The translations under genes and the position numbers were made by a program. A stretch of 64,000 bases of DNA from Lingula anatina (lineage: Eukaryota; Animalia; Brachiopoda): contig CM120647.1 of assembly GCA_051362555.1 (NCBI GenBank), positions 3,162,001 to 3,226,000 on the forward strand. Reading direction: 5' to 3'. The notes under the pieces are model-generated. The model saw nothing but the letters and a program-made list of their open reading frames with translations. It was not told the origin of the DNA and did no database searches. Every line of letters begins with the position of its first letter. The first letter of the stretch is position 1. Below, one piece after another: positions 39,201-52,853 of this stretch.

Positions 39201-39923
39201 GAGAGGCAGATGAAACACAAAGATCTCATAATATCTGTAAACTTGTACTCGCTGAAATTGAATGAATGGGTCTTGTTTTTAACACCCTTTCTAATTTTTT
39301 TGCAGTATATTCTGCTTTAAGTGATTCCATGCATGCCGAATATTTTTGGTAATTTGATCCTCTCTCTCCGTGTCTTCCCCCTAAAATGTTCCACGTTAGA
39401 AAAAATCAATAATCGTATGGGAGAATAACACAGGCAATTGACCTACTTCACCAGTCATCGCTATTTTACTACTTTTATGACTTGGGAGAGATTACGTCAT
39501 GCACGTCTGGAATGAGTCTTTTTTATGATTATATAAGTAATAAATTACACATATTGATAAAATATTTATGAATGTGTCAGTAAAGAAAGGAACATTGCTT
39601 TTAAAAAAAATGAAAAAATATGTAAAAGACCCAACATAAGATAAAAACAACTTTTTTTCTTTTATATGCAAATTAGATTGTCTTTAGTAATAAAGCTGAC
39701 AGGAAGTGATGCTCAAACCTGAGATTTCAAGGGTGGTGATCTTGATTAATCTGTATTTTGATATTTAATAAATTTGATAATATCAATAAAAGTAAAATAT
39801 AATTGAAGCTACCAAATCAAATATTCCTCAAGAGTTTTTTTTTCTTCTAATTACGAACCAATGCTCGATTCGCTCCTGGGATGAATTTAGTAACAGCCAG
39901 AAGGGCCTGAGAGTATACCCCCC

Positions 39924-39954
<31 letters not shown>

Positions 39955-40632
39955 ACACAATACTCCAATGTGTTGTACATGTATACCCTATCCAGACAAC
40001 GTTTACCTTCTACACACTGTTACCTTACTTATATTTATTCTGTATCCTTTTCCTTTTTACGAATTAATGATTCCTAATATTGAGGTGCTTATAAAAAGTA
40101 ACTGCTATATATCTTTATTGAGAGACTGATCATAAAGTAAGTAAGGGGCGGAGAAAGTAGGGGTGGGTCACATTTTTTGACTGCTAAAAGGGGTGGGCCC
40201 AAAAATTAAGTCATTCATTTAGGGTGGGTCACAAGCTAACTAAGCTTTATTTTTGGCACCTACTATGTAATTGCACCTACTATGCAAATTTTGAGAACAA
40301 CTATACTACACTTGAAGTAAAACAGTCTGAAAGAGGTCTGTTTCTGGTTCTTCTTTTTTTTCCAAGCATTTTAAAAAACAGACAACAAAAAACTCTTGTA
40401 GTTATTAAAGAACAGCTATATAAGCATATCATTGAGAAGGTGCGTCATTCAGTAATTCATTTAAAAACATATCCGTGGCAGAGGCGGATCCAGGATTATT
40501 TGAAGGGGGGAAGGGGGGTCCAGAACGATAGACCTTGGATGCGAAACCGACTATCGCCCCCTAGACGTAGTGTTCGGGGCCTGCTTAAGGGCCCCGAAAA
40601 AATTTTGGTGTTATGGAGGGCAAATGGTTTTA

Positions 40633-40846
40633 GACTGCATTCCCACAGATTTTTAGACCGATCTGTCCCCTTAGGGAGTCTCACTAGATTGGTGTCAGCT
40701 TTACCGGCTTAAATGTATGCCCCGCCTACTAAAAGCTGTAAGGGGATAAATAACTATTGTGCGCTCGGCTGACAGCAATTTAGCGTGAACCCCCAGGGAT
40801 TTAGGTCGATCCAGATGGATCGATCTAAATCTGTGGGAATGCAGTC
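40633..40846. mobile_element. Harbinger/Tourist-like MITE, TTA TSD, adjoining a truncated hAT-like MITE (40479-40630)
   Basis: TTA-GACTGCATTCCCACAGATTT ... AAATCTGTGGGAATGCAGTC-TTA. Confidence 0.85.
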
Positions 40847-41014
40847 TTAATCAGGTTCTCTACATGAAAGGAAATAAATCCAAATGCCAGATTTTGACCG
40901 TCTGTTCTGAACTCTCGAAATGAGGCAGAGTCTATTTATAATGGTGCTGAAAACAGGGTATCATAGAGTGGGTGGGTTGGGGTGGGGGGGGGGGAGGGGG
41001 GGGGAGACGTCCAG

Positions 41015-41159
41015 GGCCCCGTAACTCGAAAGCATCGCGCATTGCGACCGAGCGCAAGCGTCTAGATTCGCACATACTCACCACATACATGTACATGTTT
41101 AATACATTGTAGCCATCTCGGCCTATTCGCAATACGCGATACTTTCGAGTTACGGAGCC
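41015..41159. mobile_element. Harbinger-like palindromic MITE, CAG TSD
   Basis: CAG-GGCCCCGTAACTCGAAAGCATCGCG ... CGCGATACTTTCGAGTTACGGAGCC-CAG. Confidence 0.8.
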
Positions 41160-41367
41160 CAGATGTCTTGGAGACGACTTTTTCTCTTTGCTCCAGATCT
41201 CGCTTTCATGAACTTGGATAATTCATGATTTTTATTTATATTATTGAGTCACTGAACATTCATCTTCATCTTTGTTGTTTTGTTATAACGAATAACGACA
41301 TGAAAAATATTTTTTCACAAATAATTAAGCTTTGCGCTCATTTGCAGTTTAACTTTATGTAGAAATA

Positions 41368-41423
<56 letters not shown>

Positions 41424-41942
41424 TAGTAGTAGTTACGAAGTAATAATTCATATTCTGACAGAGGTACAAAGAAAATGTAAGCACTACAAAGATGAAGCAA
41501 GTAAATTCATCATTTGTCTTCGTCATGATTTCAGAACTTTCATCTTCTCCGAAATCACATTAATCTGCAAAAGTTTACCCAATTTTGATAATTATTCGAG
41601 ACCTTTTACTTTGGGCCAGCGAGTTGTTAAGTAGGCCACTTTCAGGAAAGTTTCAGAAGAATGACTGTACCCTTTCTTAAAGTTATAGATATACCCGCGT
41701 GTGTATTTAGGAGTGATCTTCTGTGCCAGCAAAAAATCTATCATTTGTCTGTACAAATCCCAGGAAAGGTTGCCATAGTTACTGTAGATGCACAGGGATT
41801 AGATGCAGTCTGTCTGTCGGCTGATGCGAAGCCCCCCTTAGCGTGGGGTCGAGGCCCTATGAAGGACCCCTAAAATTTCGGTATTTCAGAAGGCAAACGG
41901 TGCCTTTTGATTCAAAATTTTAATTTCAAGAGGAGACCATTG

Positions 41943-44900
41943 TAGTTAGGCGGCTAAGCTAAAAAATTGTGCAAAAGTTGATAAAAGCATGAAACTTTCC
42001 ACGATGAATGACCATTGGGTGTTTGTCAATTTTGGATCGGGGGGCAACTCCAAAATTCACAAGTACCCGGATGAGCCGCTTTCTTAAAATATGCTGACTC
42101 AGCAATTTATGTACATCCAGAATTCACGTAAACGAGCACTACCGGCTTTAATTATGATAACATGAATAAATTTGAGAAACGTACACTAACTGTAAACATC
42201 TATTACAACAATGATGACGTCATTATGACGTCACTGGGAGATATTGCACAATACAAAATGACAAATATCCACTCACTCGCATGTGCCAAATAGTCGAACC
42301 CTGCAATGATATTTCCTGTAAATGTTCATTACAGAAATACATCCTTGAGTGCTAGATAGGTTGGGTTGGCTTGGTTTCTACTTCCGAGACTTTGAGCATT
42401 TTCAATATGGCCGTCAATTTTTAGAGAAAATAGAAAAACAACCAAGAGTTGACAGATATAATTTATTTGTGGCTATTTTGAACACATTTCCCGTCATAAG
42501 AACACAGTAGGATAAATGACTGCATACTAGCATGTTTCTGTTATTGAAAAATCAAAATGGCCGCCAACGCATACAGCAGAGGATGAAGTATAGTAGTATA
42601 GTCAGTCTATAACGTGTATAATTAGTCTAATTAAAACTTTTTATGCCTTTGATTTTTCTGTTCATTTAGATTTTTAATTAGCCATGATCCTTACCTATCA
42701 TTATCAGCTCGTTTGACACTCAAAAATAAAAGGAATGAAATGAAAAAAGAAAGAATAATTTTCAAAGGAGGGGGGTATAAATAAAAAATATTTGAAAAAT
42801 AGTATAAAAATATTTCAAAAATCAATTACCGACTTATTTTGGCAATTTCCTTTTGGTGGGAGTCTGAACTGCTAAGGCACGTTTTAATGCAAAATAAACA
42901 TTCAGTAGTCAGTTGTTACCATCTCAACCATGTGAATAAATTTTGCTCTTGCAGGGTTAGACATTAGCATATTTCACTCAGTTGCGAATGAACGCATCCT
43001 AACCACTGGGTCTCCCGCTGACGATCTTCCACTAATGAGGCCCTTGAACAAATATTCAAATTGCCTTCTCTTTTTGCTCGGATCAATAACTATCTCCCGC
43101 TGACGATCTTCTGCTGACGAAGTCCCTAAAACAAATATGAAAATTACCTTCTCGTCTCGCTCGGATCGCTACCGATATTCCGCTGACGATATGAAAATTG
43201 CCTCTTCATCTCGTTTGGATCGCCAAAGTCTAAATGACATTTGCTACGGACGCCGTACAATGAACTCGTACACGTTTTCCGTGGGATTTTTTATGACATC
43301 GTAAGTGGCTACGGGCAACGGCAATTACCTCTACAGTACATGCTTGTGCCGTGTTTTGTCGCTAAAGCCTATAGGTCCCAACTACGTTTTGGACGCACGG
43401 TATTTAGGTTCCTTGCGTCCTGCTAGGACGTAGCTAGATCGCACGTAGCGGCTGTTGATCATGTCGAAAAGTTTCTACGTGCTGTTTGCGTCCTCCAAAA
43501 GTCGCAAGATGGACGTGCTCCTCACGCACGTTTTGCAGATTTTTTTTGGCCGTAGACCACACGTAGCAGCCCGTACGTTCGGTTGGGACCTAGGCTTTAT
43601 ATGAGCTTAAGCCTGGGTCCCAACTCCACGCACGATTTTCAGGACGTACGGTATTTTAGGTTCCTCTCGTCTGGCTGGGCCGTAGCTAGATCGCAGGGAA
43701 GAAATCAAGTAACTGGTGATTGTAATTAGTGCGCAAGAAGAAAGTGCGTGGACAGTACCTGAGAAGCTCAGCCTCCGCGTGTCAGAAGTATCTTTGCGCC
43801 CGACGGGCTTTAGCACGTGTCCCGCATCGTGCACTACGTACGTTATGCGTACAAGGAGTACAGGCAACGCAAGGGCAACGCAAGTAGACGTAGGGTAGCC
43901 TTGGTTGTTGCTCGTCCTTTGCACGGGAATCTTACGTGTTGAGATGTTTTGGGGGAGGTATAAAAACAGGTGCATGTTTGAGAAGGTCCTTATATCCGCA
44001 GCAGTGTTCAAAGATGGTGAGCCCAATCAAACTTAGCTTGTCCCCGATCCCCCTCTCCCCTCTTGCTCTTTGCTGTCTTTTTAGGCATTTTTACAACTCG
44101 ACATCAATTTTTTGGTCGTAGACCAGACGTAGAAGCCCGTATGTTGGATTGGAACCCAGACTAAAGGATATGTTATTGTAGGGAAAATTCGCTTTGTCGG
44201 GTGAAAGTGATCATATCGAGTCCGTTCAGTCTCAGTGCAGTTGCAGCACGCCTTCCGTGTGGCTTTTCTTGGGGATAGACACGATGTCGGGACATATTCC
44301 TAGGATTTTTAGCACCCTTGTGGTCAGAATAAAGAAGCACAACTTCAAATTTGTGAATTTGGTGGCTATTTTGCTATTGCTATTAAAATGACTTGCAGAT
44401 TATGGGAAAGAAAACCCTAAGAAACACCATCTCTGTATTTGTTAACATGCAAATAGACTTTAAAATGAAGAATCTTCACGCACTGTATATAGTTTGATGT
44501 AAATTGCTATGAATACTTATCTAAATTTGCGTAAAAATTGGCAGCCATTTTGGGTAACGAAAAGTGCCAATGTCCCAAAAGATAGTAAAGCCAAGCTAAG
44601 TTGACTTTTCTGACTGGGGCATTTCTTTTTCAAACAATTACAGAAAACAACATAGTATTGTTCAACTATGGGACCAATTAGGTTGGTAACCTGACTACTT
44701 GGAGGGCTTACGCCCTCACCACACATAAGTTGAATATTAACCAAGCAGATAATGGTAATGTAGGATAAAAGCTAACGAAAAATCACGATGAACGGAAAAA
44801 TCAAAGAAGAAGATGCCGTTAATTAGACTGATGATACTAGAAATATGCTGATTTTGCCAATTTACTTTACCCTCTGCCTCTACCCTCTGTTTTGGCGGCC

Positions 44901-45530
44901 ATTTTGTTTTTTTTTATCAGTAACAACGACGTGCTAGGATGTAGTCTTGTGCCCTACTGTGTTCTACCGACATGAAACACATTCACAACAGCCACAAATA
45001 AAGTACATCCGTCGACTTCTGGTTGTTTTTCTGTTTTTCCTCAAAAATTGACGGCCATATTGAAAATGCTCAATGTCTCTGAAGTTGCAATCAAGCTAAT
45101 TTTACCTTTCTAACCCTAAAGGATGCATTTCTGTAATAAAAATTACGGAAAAAACATTACAGAGTTCGACTATTGTTCCTGTAGGAGAAAGTGGATATTT
45201 GTCATTCTAAATTGTGCAATATCACCCAGTGACGTCATTGTGACGTCATCATTGCTCTCATAGATGTGCACAGTGAGCGTACGTTTTTTAAAATCTATTT
45301 ATCATATCATAATTAGTACTGTTAGTGCTCGTTTTGATGAAATCTGAATGTACATAAAATGCTGAGTCAGCATATTTAAGAAACCGTCTCATCCGGGTAC
45401 TTGTGAATTTTGGAGTTGCCCCCCGATCCAAAATTGACAAACACCTAAGGGTCATTCATCGTGGAAAGTTTCATGCTTTTATCAACTTTTGCACAATTCT
45501 GGATATAATTTGGACTTAACCGCCTGACTA
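41943..45530. mobile_element. Non-autonomous Academ DNA transposon with ~780-bp imperfect TIRs, 3-bp TSD TTG
   Basis: TTG-TAGTTAGGCGGCTAAG ... CTTAACCGCCTGACTA-TTG; inverted similarity 41943-~42722 vs ~44730-45530; splits a hAT-like MITE (41820-41942 and 45531-45609). Confidence 0.85.
43366..44163. mobile_element. Two adjacent Harbinger-like MITEs (43366-43597, 43609-44163) nested in the Academ element
   Basis: TIRs AAGCCT..GGTCCCAACT / GGTTGGGACCTAGGCTT and AAGCCTGGGTCCCAACT / TTGGAACCCAGACT; shared internal sequence. Confidence 0.7.
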
Positions 45531-47044
45531 TTGGTGTGATTTTTTTTTTCAGAAATCGAAGGGGGGGTCAGGACCCCTTGACACCCCTCCCCCCTAAATC
45601 CGCCACTGGTATTAAACTATACAATGTAATTTCTTTGGCTCTCATTTGAAAAAGGATGTCCTTTTTGAATGTGGTAGACATCATGTTTGTAAAATTTGAC
45701 GTCATTTACAATGACTAGTTAGAAAACAAGTCTAAATTGACAAGGTTTGAAATTTATAGTTGTAGAAAATAAAAAAAAAAACTGTCAAATTCATATAGGT
45801 GACTGCATGTTTTAATTTTTTTCTGCAATCCAAATGCAGTAAATTACCAGTTGACTTTATTTTTACTTTTTAACTAAGAGCATATTCATTTATCTCGTTT
45901 CTAAAAATTAACTGCATGATATATATTTGTCATTTTTATTGCAGACTAAACTGTTATCCGAAAATTATTTTTCTGTGAACACATGATATGAATAATCAAG
46001 AAAATTCAGATGCAACACTCATGATAAGCATCCTCGGTTAAAATATAATCATGGTTGTCGTGAGGTACCAGCTAACATCACTGTGAGTCCCAGTCTTTAG
46101 TGAAATAGAATGTACCTCGACGAAGAGAGATTTTCATCATGTCACCAAAACCTATAAGTATTTCACTCGGGGATCTAAGACTTTGTGTTGAAAGATTTGT
46201 GGTAGACGTCACAACCATGTTAAGACAAGACAAACGTCAGAATATTACCGCGTATAAAAAGTAATCGGGAATAGGTGTAGTCTGTCTGTGTTTCTGAAAA
46301 ATAAATCACACCTGTCCTCGCCCCTTCACCTAACCCCAGCAGCTGAAGTCGCATAAACAAGGGCACTGTGAGGGCGTTTTGAACTATTTTATCCACGCTT
46401 TAATGCATTAAAATAAACCAACAAAATAGTTACAAGAGCAAAGTAGCAGTTTGTTTGTTAAATAGGATAGTAATATATTTGTTAACAATTATATTTTTCT
46501 TTCCCATCCACTTATCTTATTATCACAGGTCCTTGCTGACAATTACCCCCACAAAAATTAAACCACTTACCTCAACCACAACACGAATGTCACCTTTAAT
46601 GAAGATGAATTAGTATCGTTTAATTAATTAATTTATTTATTTATTTATTTGCAGAAAGTCTTTGATAGTAAAAGAACCTGTCAATATTCCACACATAATG
46701 CAAAAACATTTATTCTTCCTTCTTCCACGCACATACTGGGGTACATAGTTTAACTAATTTTGAAATAACCCATGCGCTACCTCCAGAATAACGTCAAATG
46801 TCATATTTATTTACTTAAATCTGCTTTTTAAATTGGCTTCTTTTGCTAAATTCTATTTTAACAAAATAGTTTGTATCAAGAGTGTCGTATTAGAGACGCT
46901 GAGGGGTTCAAAAAGAGAACTAGTTTTGGAAACATGTTGCACATATTCTCTTGAAATATTTTGCAATTTAATTACTAACTTCAGATTTTAGCGCTCTCTT
47001 TCGGCGTACTCACTGTTTCACAGTAAGAGAAATCACAGTGCACG

Positions 47045-47305
47045 ATGATTGACGTTTGTTTATATAACCTGCCAATCAAACTGTTATTACTTGACAGCAG
47101 CTATCAAAACTAACTGAATTTGATTGGCACCTTGTCAATCAAAGGGTGTAGGAAGCTTGAACTAAATGTGTTCGATGACTATAGTGATCCGCCGGGTAAT
47201 GATTGTGATTGACGTTTGTTTATATAACCTGCCAATCAAGCTGTTATTACTTGACAGCAGCTATCAAAACTAATGAATTTGATTGGCATCTTGTCAATCA
47301 AAGGA
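47045..47305. repeat. Direct duplication of ~100 bp at ~160-bp spacing
   Basis: TGATTGACGTTTGTTTATATAACCTGCCAATCAA...TTGTCAATCAAAGG twice, with a decayed third copy near 47375. Confidence 0.85.
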
Positions 47306-47308
47306 TAT

Positions 47309-47349
<41 letters not shown>

Positions 47350-49958
47350 TGTTTGGAGAGAAGAGTGTAGTAATTGTGTTTGACGTTTGTTTAAAAAACT
47401 GTCATTCATAGTCTTGTGCGCTTCACAGCTTCCATCAAAGTTGAATTAGCCTGTTTGAATTTGATTCATACCTGTCTATAACAATACATGTCGTAACATT
47501 CTGGAGGTAGGGGGCATTCTATTTTCTTTTTTTTCTTGCAGCGCGTTAAAAAACATCGGTTTTTTTTTTATTTCAACCGAGAGAAATTTAACAACGTGAA
47601 AGAGTCCCGGGTTCTTTCACAAGCTTTTTTAATTGTACTAAAAATCAGTTGTCATTCTTTTTCTGGATATGGTGTAAAATGTCTATACATGAATTAACGT
47701 TTTTGTCGATGTTTGTTGCTCCATGATCCTTTCTTTGGTGCTCGTACGAAATCGGAACTTCGTATACGAACTGAACATATTACTTTAATCATACTCATGT
47801 TCTTTTACACCCGATGGATATTTTTGGGTCATTTTTAGAGAACGGATGGTATAAAAAGTAAAACCTTGCCATCTTTTTCATGAGCTACGGAGAGAGAAAG
47901 GCAGAGATAATGATGTAAGTGACCAGATAAAAGCAGGTAAAATCAAAAACTACCGGTTTTGTTCGTTCCTTATAAAGGGCCGGGACAATAAGTAGCCCGT
48001 CTCTGTATATTGACAGGAGCGTGCGTGAAAACTGTTGTTTTCAAATAAACTACACAATTAAAACTGCCAAATCAAAACTAAAAACATTTTTATGCAATGC
48101 GTTAACAATCTTTCGAGCTTTAATATTGGATATATTTTTAGTAGTATAAAAATTAAGTATAAAAACTCCAGATTTCAATTAAGTGTGAATAGGAATAAGT
48201 CGGGCTGGTCTAATCAAAGACTTGAAATTCTTGGTTTAATTTAATGAATTTGTTCGTTAAACATTTTATACTGTATTACATAACACTGGTAAAAAATTAT
48301 CTTTTTATTATATATAAAATGGATGCTACGTTAATATTCTACGTGAAGTATATTAATGTTTCATAAGTGACACTAAAAATAAAGCTTTTTTTTTTCTCTC
48401 GGTATTTTTTTCAACTAATCTATTATAGAGAAACTTCTCTCACTCGTTTCTATAACCCAGATTAGGTAAAAATCTTTTGAGCTCAGGTCGAGAAAAGTCG
48501 GTTTGTCAGCAGATAAGTCAAAGGGTTTCAAACAGAAGAAGCGGAGGCGGTAGGCGAGTCTTGACATTCCTCTCTTTTAGTACGTAAAAAATGAAGCGCA
48601 TTCAAATAATTGTGCACGAGGCAACTTCATATCTTGGCTTCCTTTTTTTCTTTTAGAAATACCCGCAGATACTGAGCTTACTTAAGCCCCGATTTAAGGG
48701 TCATTCACAAGTAAACTCCGAAAAGCCGTATAGTTCCATTCCTATTGTTCAACCTCTCTCGCTCTCTCTCTCTTCATTTATTTTAATATATTTTAATCTC
48801 CATGTACGTAAGAATGATTTAGAATTTACTAGATGGGGAATCAGAAATTGATACAGGGTTGATATAAAAAGTCGTTCCATTTTCTATTGAACTGGATCTT
48901 TTAATGGTAGACAGTAACGCGTCTTCTCAATTTCTGTAGAGAGTAATACTCCATACGCTGTCTACTATAGAGACTAGTCCCGCCCAGGTTTGTTAATTTT
49001 ATTCATACAAGGCAGTCTGTCTTCCATTTTGAAGACCAATATTTGGTTTACAAGACATAATCACAACATCAATGGCTGAATTCCAAATATATTGAGGAAG
49101 GTTCCCTCCTCACACACCTACGGCTGCCCAGGGCAGTTGGAGCGCGGGCTATAAAAAGAACGGTGTTTAAAAGCCCCCTGCCCACTTCTTTCACGTTAAC
49201 ACAGGAAGGGGCAGGCTGGTTCTTCTATTTCTTCTTCTTCTTTTTTTGTGGGAGCGCAAACTGGTCGAAAGTTAACACTTTTGAAACCTTTCCTGCAGTG
49301 CGTGTCAACCAGTTAACGCATGAATTTTGTGCTAGCCGTCACAATGAGGCCGAGACCGTAGCGCAGGCAAAACACTGCAGCCTAAGCAGTGGCGGGTTTG
49401 GGGGGGTGTCAGGGAGGTCCTGCCCCCCCCCCCCCCCCTTTCAGTTCCTGAAAATAAAACCACACCAATACTCCTCTCTTGATATTAGAATTTTGACTAG
49501 CTTAATCATAGTTCTAGACCGTAGCAAATGGCACTGTTCGCCCTCTAAAATACCAAAAATTTCCGGTACCCTTCAGCGGGCCCCGAACCCCACGTCAAAG
49601 GGGATGGAGGAGGGGGCGAGGGTCGGCTTCGCATCTGAGGCCTGTCATCCGTAAAGCAAACTGTTACCATTCGTGCATGATAACTGGTTATTCACTGGTA
49701 CATGGAAGTATTGGCAAGTGTGACCGCCCATCATACAATCCCAGCAGTCGAGTTAAAACTGGCGGCGAATGAACGTGTGTTCGAATTTTACATTTTTTCC
49801 TCCCATTCCTAACCTGGCATGGTTGATCAACTTTATTCAGGTGTAGATAAGGTGAGCTGAAAACTTGGTTTTTTAATTTCTTTTTCAGACAGCTCTCAGT
49901 CAAATTTATACTTCCGGGGCGTGGCTCTCTTCGACGTATTTCCTCTTCGACAGCTTTA

Positions 49959-50208
49959 CAGGGGCGGATCCAGGGTTATTTGAAGGTGGGGGGTCCGCGG
50001 ATGCGAAATCAACACCCCCCTTCTACATGGCGTGGGGTTCTACCGGTGAAGGTCCCTAAAACTTTTGGTATTTTTAGAGGGCGAACGGTGCCATTTGGTA
50101 TTTGATACGATTTAGCACCATAAATCAGCTAATCAATATTCTAAATCCAAGAGGGGAATATTAGTGTGATTTTTTTCAGAACCCCCCCCCCCTCCAAATC
50201 CGCCACTG
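49959..50208 (+). mobile_element. hAT-like MITE
   Basis: CAGGGGCGGATCCAG ... CAAATCCGCCACTG; flanks CTTTA / CTTTT. Confidence 0.8.
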
Positions 50209-50210
50209 CT

Positions 50211-50421
50211 TTTACTAACACTACCCGCAGATCTTTTAGCTCTAACACCCATTTTAACCACAAAACATACAAATTATCCAACACTACCAGAGCGGATGAA
50301 TGTTAGTGCTATAGGTTTTGCTTCGTTGGTGCTAAATAACTGTGTGGTGCGTTGGCTAATCCGTGGGTTTTGTGGTTAATTAGGCGTTAGTAATAACGAT
50401 CTGCAGCTAGTGTCAGTAAAC
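50211..50421. mobile_element. Palindromic MITE
   Basis: TTTACTAACACTACCCGCAGATC / GATCTGCAGCTAGTGTCAGTAAA; right part duplicated at 16475-16622. Confidence 0.65.
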
Positions 50422-51023
50422 GCCTGATCCGTTTATAAGGCCTGGAAGTCCCGAACAAAATTTTATTGAAACTGCTGCCATACATGATAGAGTTGATAAG
50501 TCAACTTACATTTCTTAATCCTTATCTTCCCAAAGCAATTTCGTTGATGTATAATTAAAAAAAAGCTTCAAATTTTCTTATTCATCTTGGTCTTTAGATA
50601 ATCTAAGAGATCAAATATCTATCCAGGTATCAGGACGCCCCCCCCCGGACAATCCCCCTGCAATGAATATAATAATGAAAATGGAAATGTCATATTGAGA
50701 AAAATTATAAATGCCTGCTTTTAATAAAACTCTATCTCCAGGTGGTGGGTAAGCAGATAACCTCACTCTACAGGTATCTCTTTGATGAAATTACTGGAAG
50801 TTTTAATTGTTTTACCACTGCCCCATGACAGAAATAAACAAGCTCCGAAATTTATCTTCTTTTTTCTAGTTTCATTATTATTATTTACTTAACCTGTTGT
50901 TCAGAAACCTCACTTACATCAAATAAAATGCAGATAAAACGATATTTGTTTGCTTTCAGAAAAAAATAGAGAAAATGGTAGTATTAGTTTGATTAAAAAA
51001 TGACATGTAATGGCAAATGACCA
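50281..51023 (+). repeat. Segmental duplication, copy 2 (paralog 16475-17278)
   Basis: See copy 1. Confidence 0.9.
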
Positions 51024-51291
51024 ACGGCTTCTCCCCACGGCTTCTCCACGTCCCTGCCCATCCCCACGGCCTTCTCCACGTCCCTGCCCCTCTCCACGGC
51101 TTCTCCACGTCCCTGCCCGTCCCCACGGCCTTCTCCACGTCCCTGCCCCTCCCCACGGCCTTCTCCACGTTCCTGCCCCTTCCCACGGCCTTCTCCACGT
51201 CCCTGCCCCTCCCCACGGCCTTCTCCACGTCCCTGCCCCTCCCCACGGCCTTTTCCACGTCCCTACCCCTCCCCGCGGCCTTCTCCACGGA
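51024..51291. repeat. 30-bp GC-rich minisatellite, ~8-9 copies
   Basis: Unit CCCCACGGCCTTCTCCACGTCCCTGCCCCT. Confidence 0.95.
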
Positions 51292-51477
51292 TTTACACCT
51301 CCCTGCAGCGATTGAGAACATATATGAGAACATATATCCCTTTTTTATTGCACTATTTATTTAATTTTGGACACTCGCGACAAAAACCAAAATGCACTTG
51401 GATATCCACAGGGGAGGTGGCTGAAATCACTGAGGCTGATCAGGGAATTATATGCGATATAAGTCCCTGATGCCCCC

Positions 51478-52233
51478 AGGGTCGGGGCAAGTTGGCCCCT
51501 ATACAAAAATGGAGTAAATATCCCACGTAAACCCCTTGTAATACATATTTATACATTTTTAATTTATTAAATTGACTTTTGAGAGTCTTTGATGAATAAA
51601 TAGTTCAAATGAGGCAGATTGATTGTGGTTTCCGTACGTCACGTTGTAGGGGGGGGGGGGGCTATGTGTTGCAAGAAGCAAAATAATATCGATCAATAAA
51701 ATTTGTTTTATTTTAATAAAGAATTAATTAATAATGGTATACAGCAGGTTTTTAATGAATGAAAACGAATAATAAATTTTCGTTTTAAAAGAAAGTAACA
51801 TATTCAGTTTTAAACCATTGAGTTTGTTTCAAAATGGTCTCTAGCTGTATTGCGCGCAAAGGTTTGTGCTTAAATGAGGGTCCAACTTGCCCCGAGTCAA
51901 GGGGGCCAACTAGCCCTGGGTGCACACTATTTATTTTAAAGGATGGCAGCCATTTATGGTGCTAGAATGAGCAACGATGATAAATCTCTGTAAAACTTGA
52001 AACAATGAGCTTCATTTTAATGCCCTATACACATATTATATTCGATCAAAAGCCTTTTTAAATCTCTTTCACAAAATTACTTTTAGGTGCAAAAATCGTT
52101 TATTTCGACTCACCGCTTTAAAAGCAAAACTTTTTAACGTCCGACACTTCCTTAGCATTGTAGGCTACGGTCACTTTACAAGAGTATGTGGCCAATTTTT
52201 TTTTTACCTCGTAGTTACTTTGTCATAAATTGA

Positions 52234-52287
<54 letters not shown>

Positions 52288-52307
52288 CTAACTAGCCCCG
52301 GTCTCCT
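51478..52307. mobile_element. pogo/Tc1-mariner-like MITE
   Basis: AGGGGTCGGGGCAAGTTGGCCCC / GGGGTCTAACTAGCCCCGGTCTCCT, with internal copies of CAACTTGCCCCG. Confidence 0.55.
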
Positions 52308-52458
52308 CTCTCAGTCACCTCTCTGTGCCCTGGCCGCAAACGTTCAAAATTCTTAGAACATATTGGCATAGGCTAGACTTTTTTTACAGAATTCAGGAAG
52401 TTGGCTTTGTTATCAACTGTAAACTAATGAGCGCCGGTTTATCTCGTCTGCTGAACGT

Positions 52459-52853
52459 TATTACCTGCGCCAAGGAGGTTATTACATGTATGTTTTCACC
52501 CCTGTCTGTCTGTCTGTTTGTTTGTTTGTCATCAACTTAACTCAAAAGGTTATGGACCGAGTTTGATGAAATTTTCAGGGTACGTGGGAAATGGGTTAAC
52601 TTAGAGGTGATTAGTTTTTGGTGGTGATCCGGATCAATAATCAATCAATAAGCAATAATCAAAATCAATCATCAACATAACTCCAAAAGTTATGAACCGA
52701 TTTTGATGAAAATTTCAGGTTAGGTCAGAAATGGGTTAACACAGAAGTGATTAGTTTTTGGTGGTGATCCGGATCAACAATCAATCAATAATTAATAATA
52801 ATCAAAAAGTGCTGCCTTGGCGGAGGTCTGCGCTTTCGGTGTGCTTTTTTAGT
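52459..52853 (-). mobile_element. HINE-like family A copy
   Basis: TATTACCTGCGCCAAGGAGGT...(CTGT)n...GCCTTGGCGGAGGTCTGCGC...TTTTTAGTT. Confidence 0.75.

Noticed and set aside
50956-51364. Repeat-protein ORFs (GRGRDVEKAV)n
   Set aside because: 30-bp minisatellite open in several frames, with no gene context
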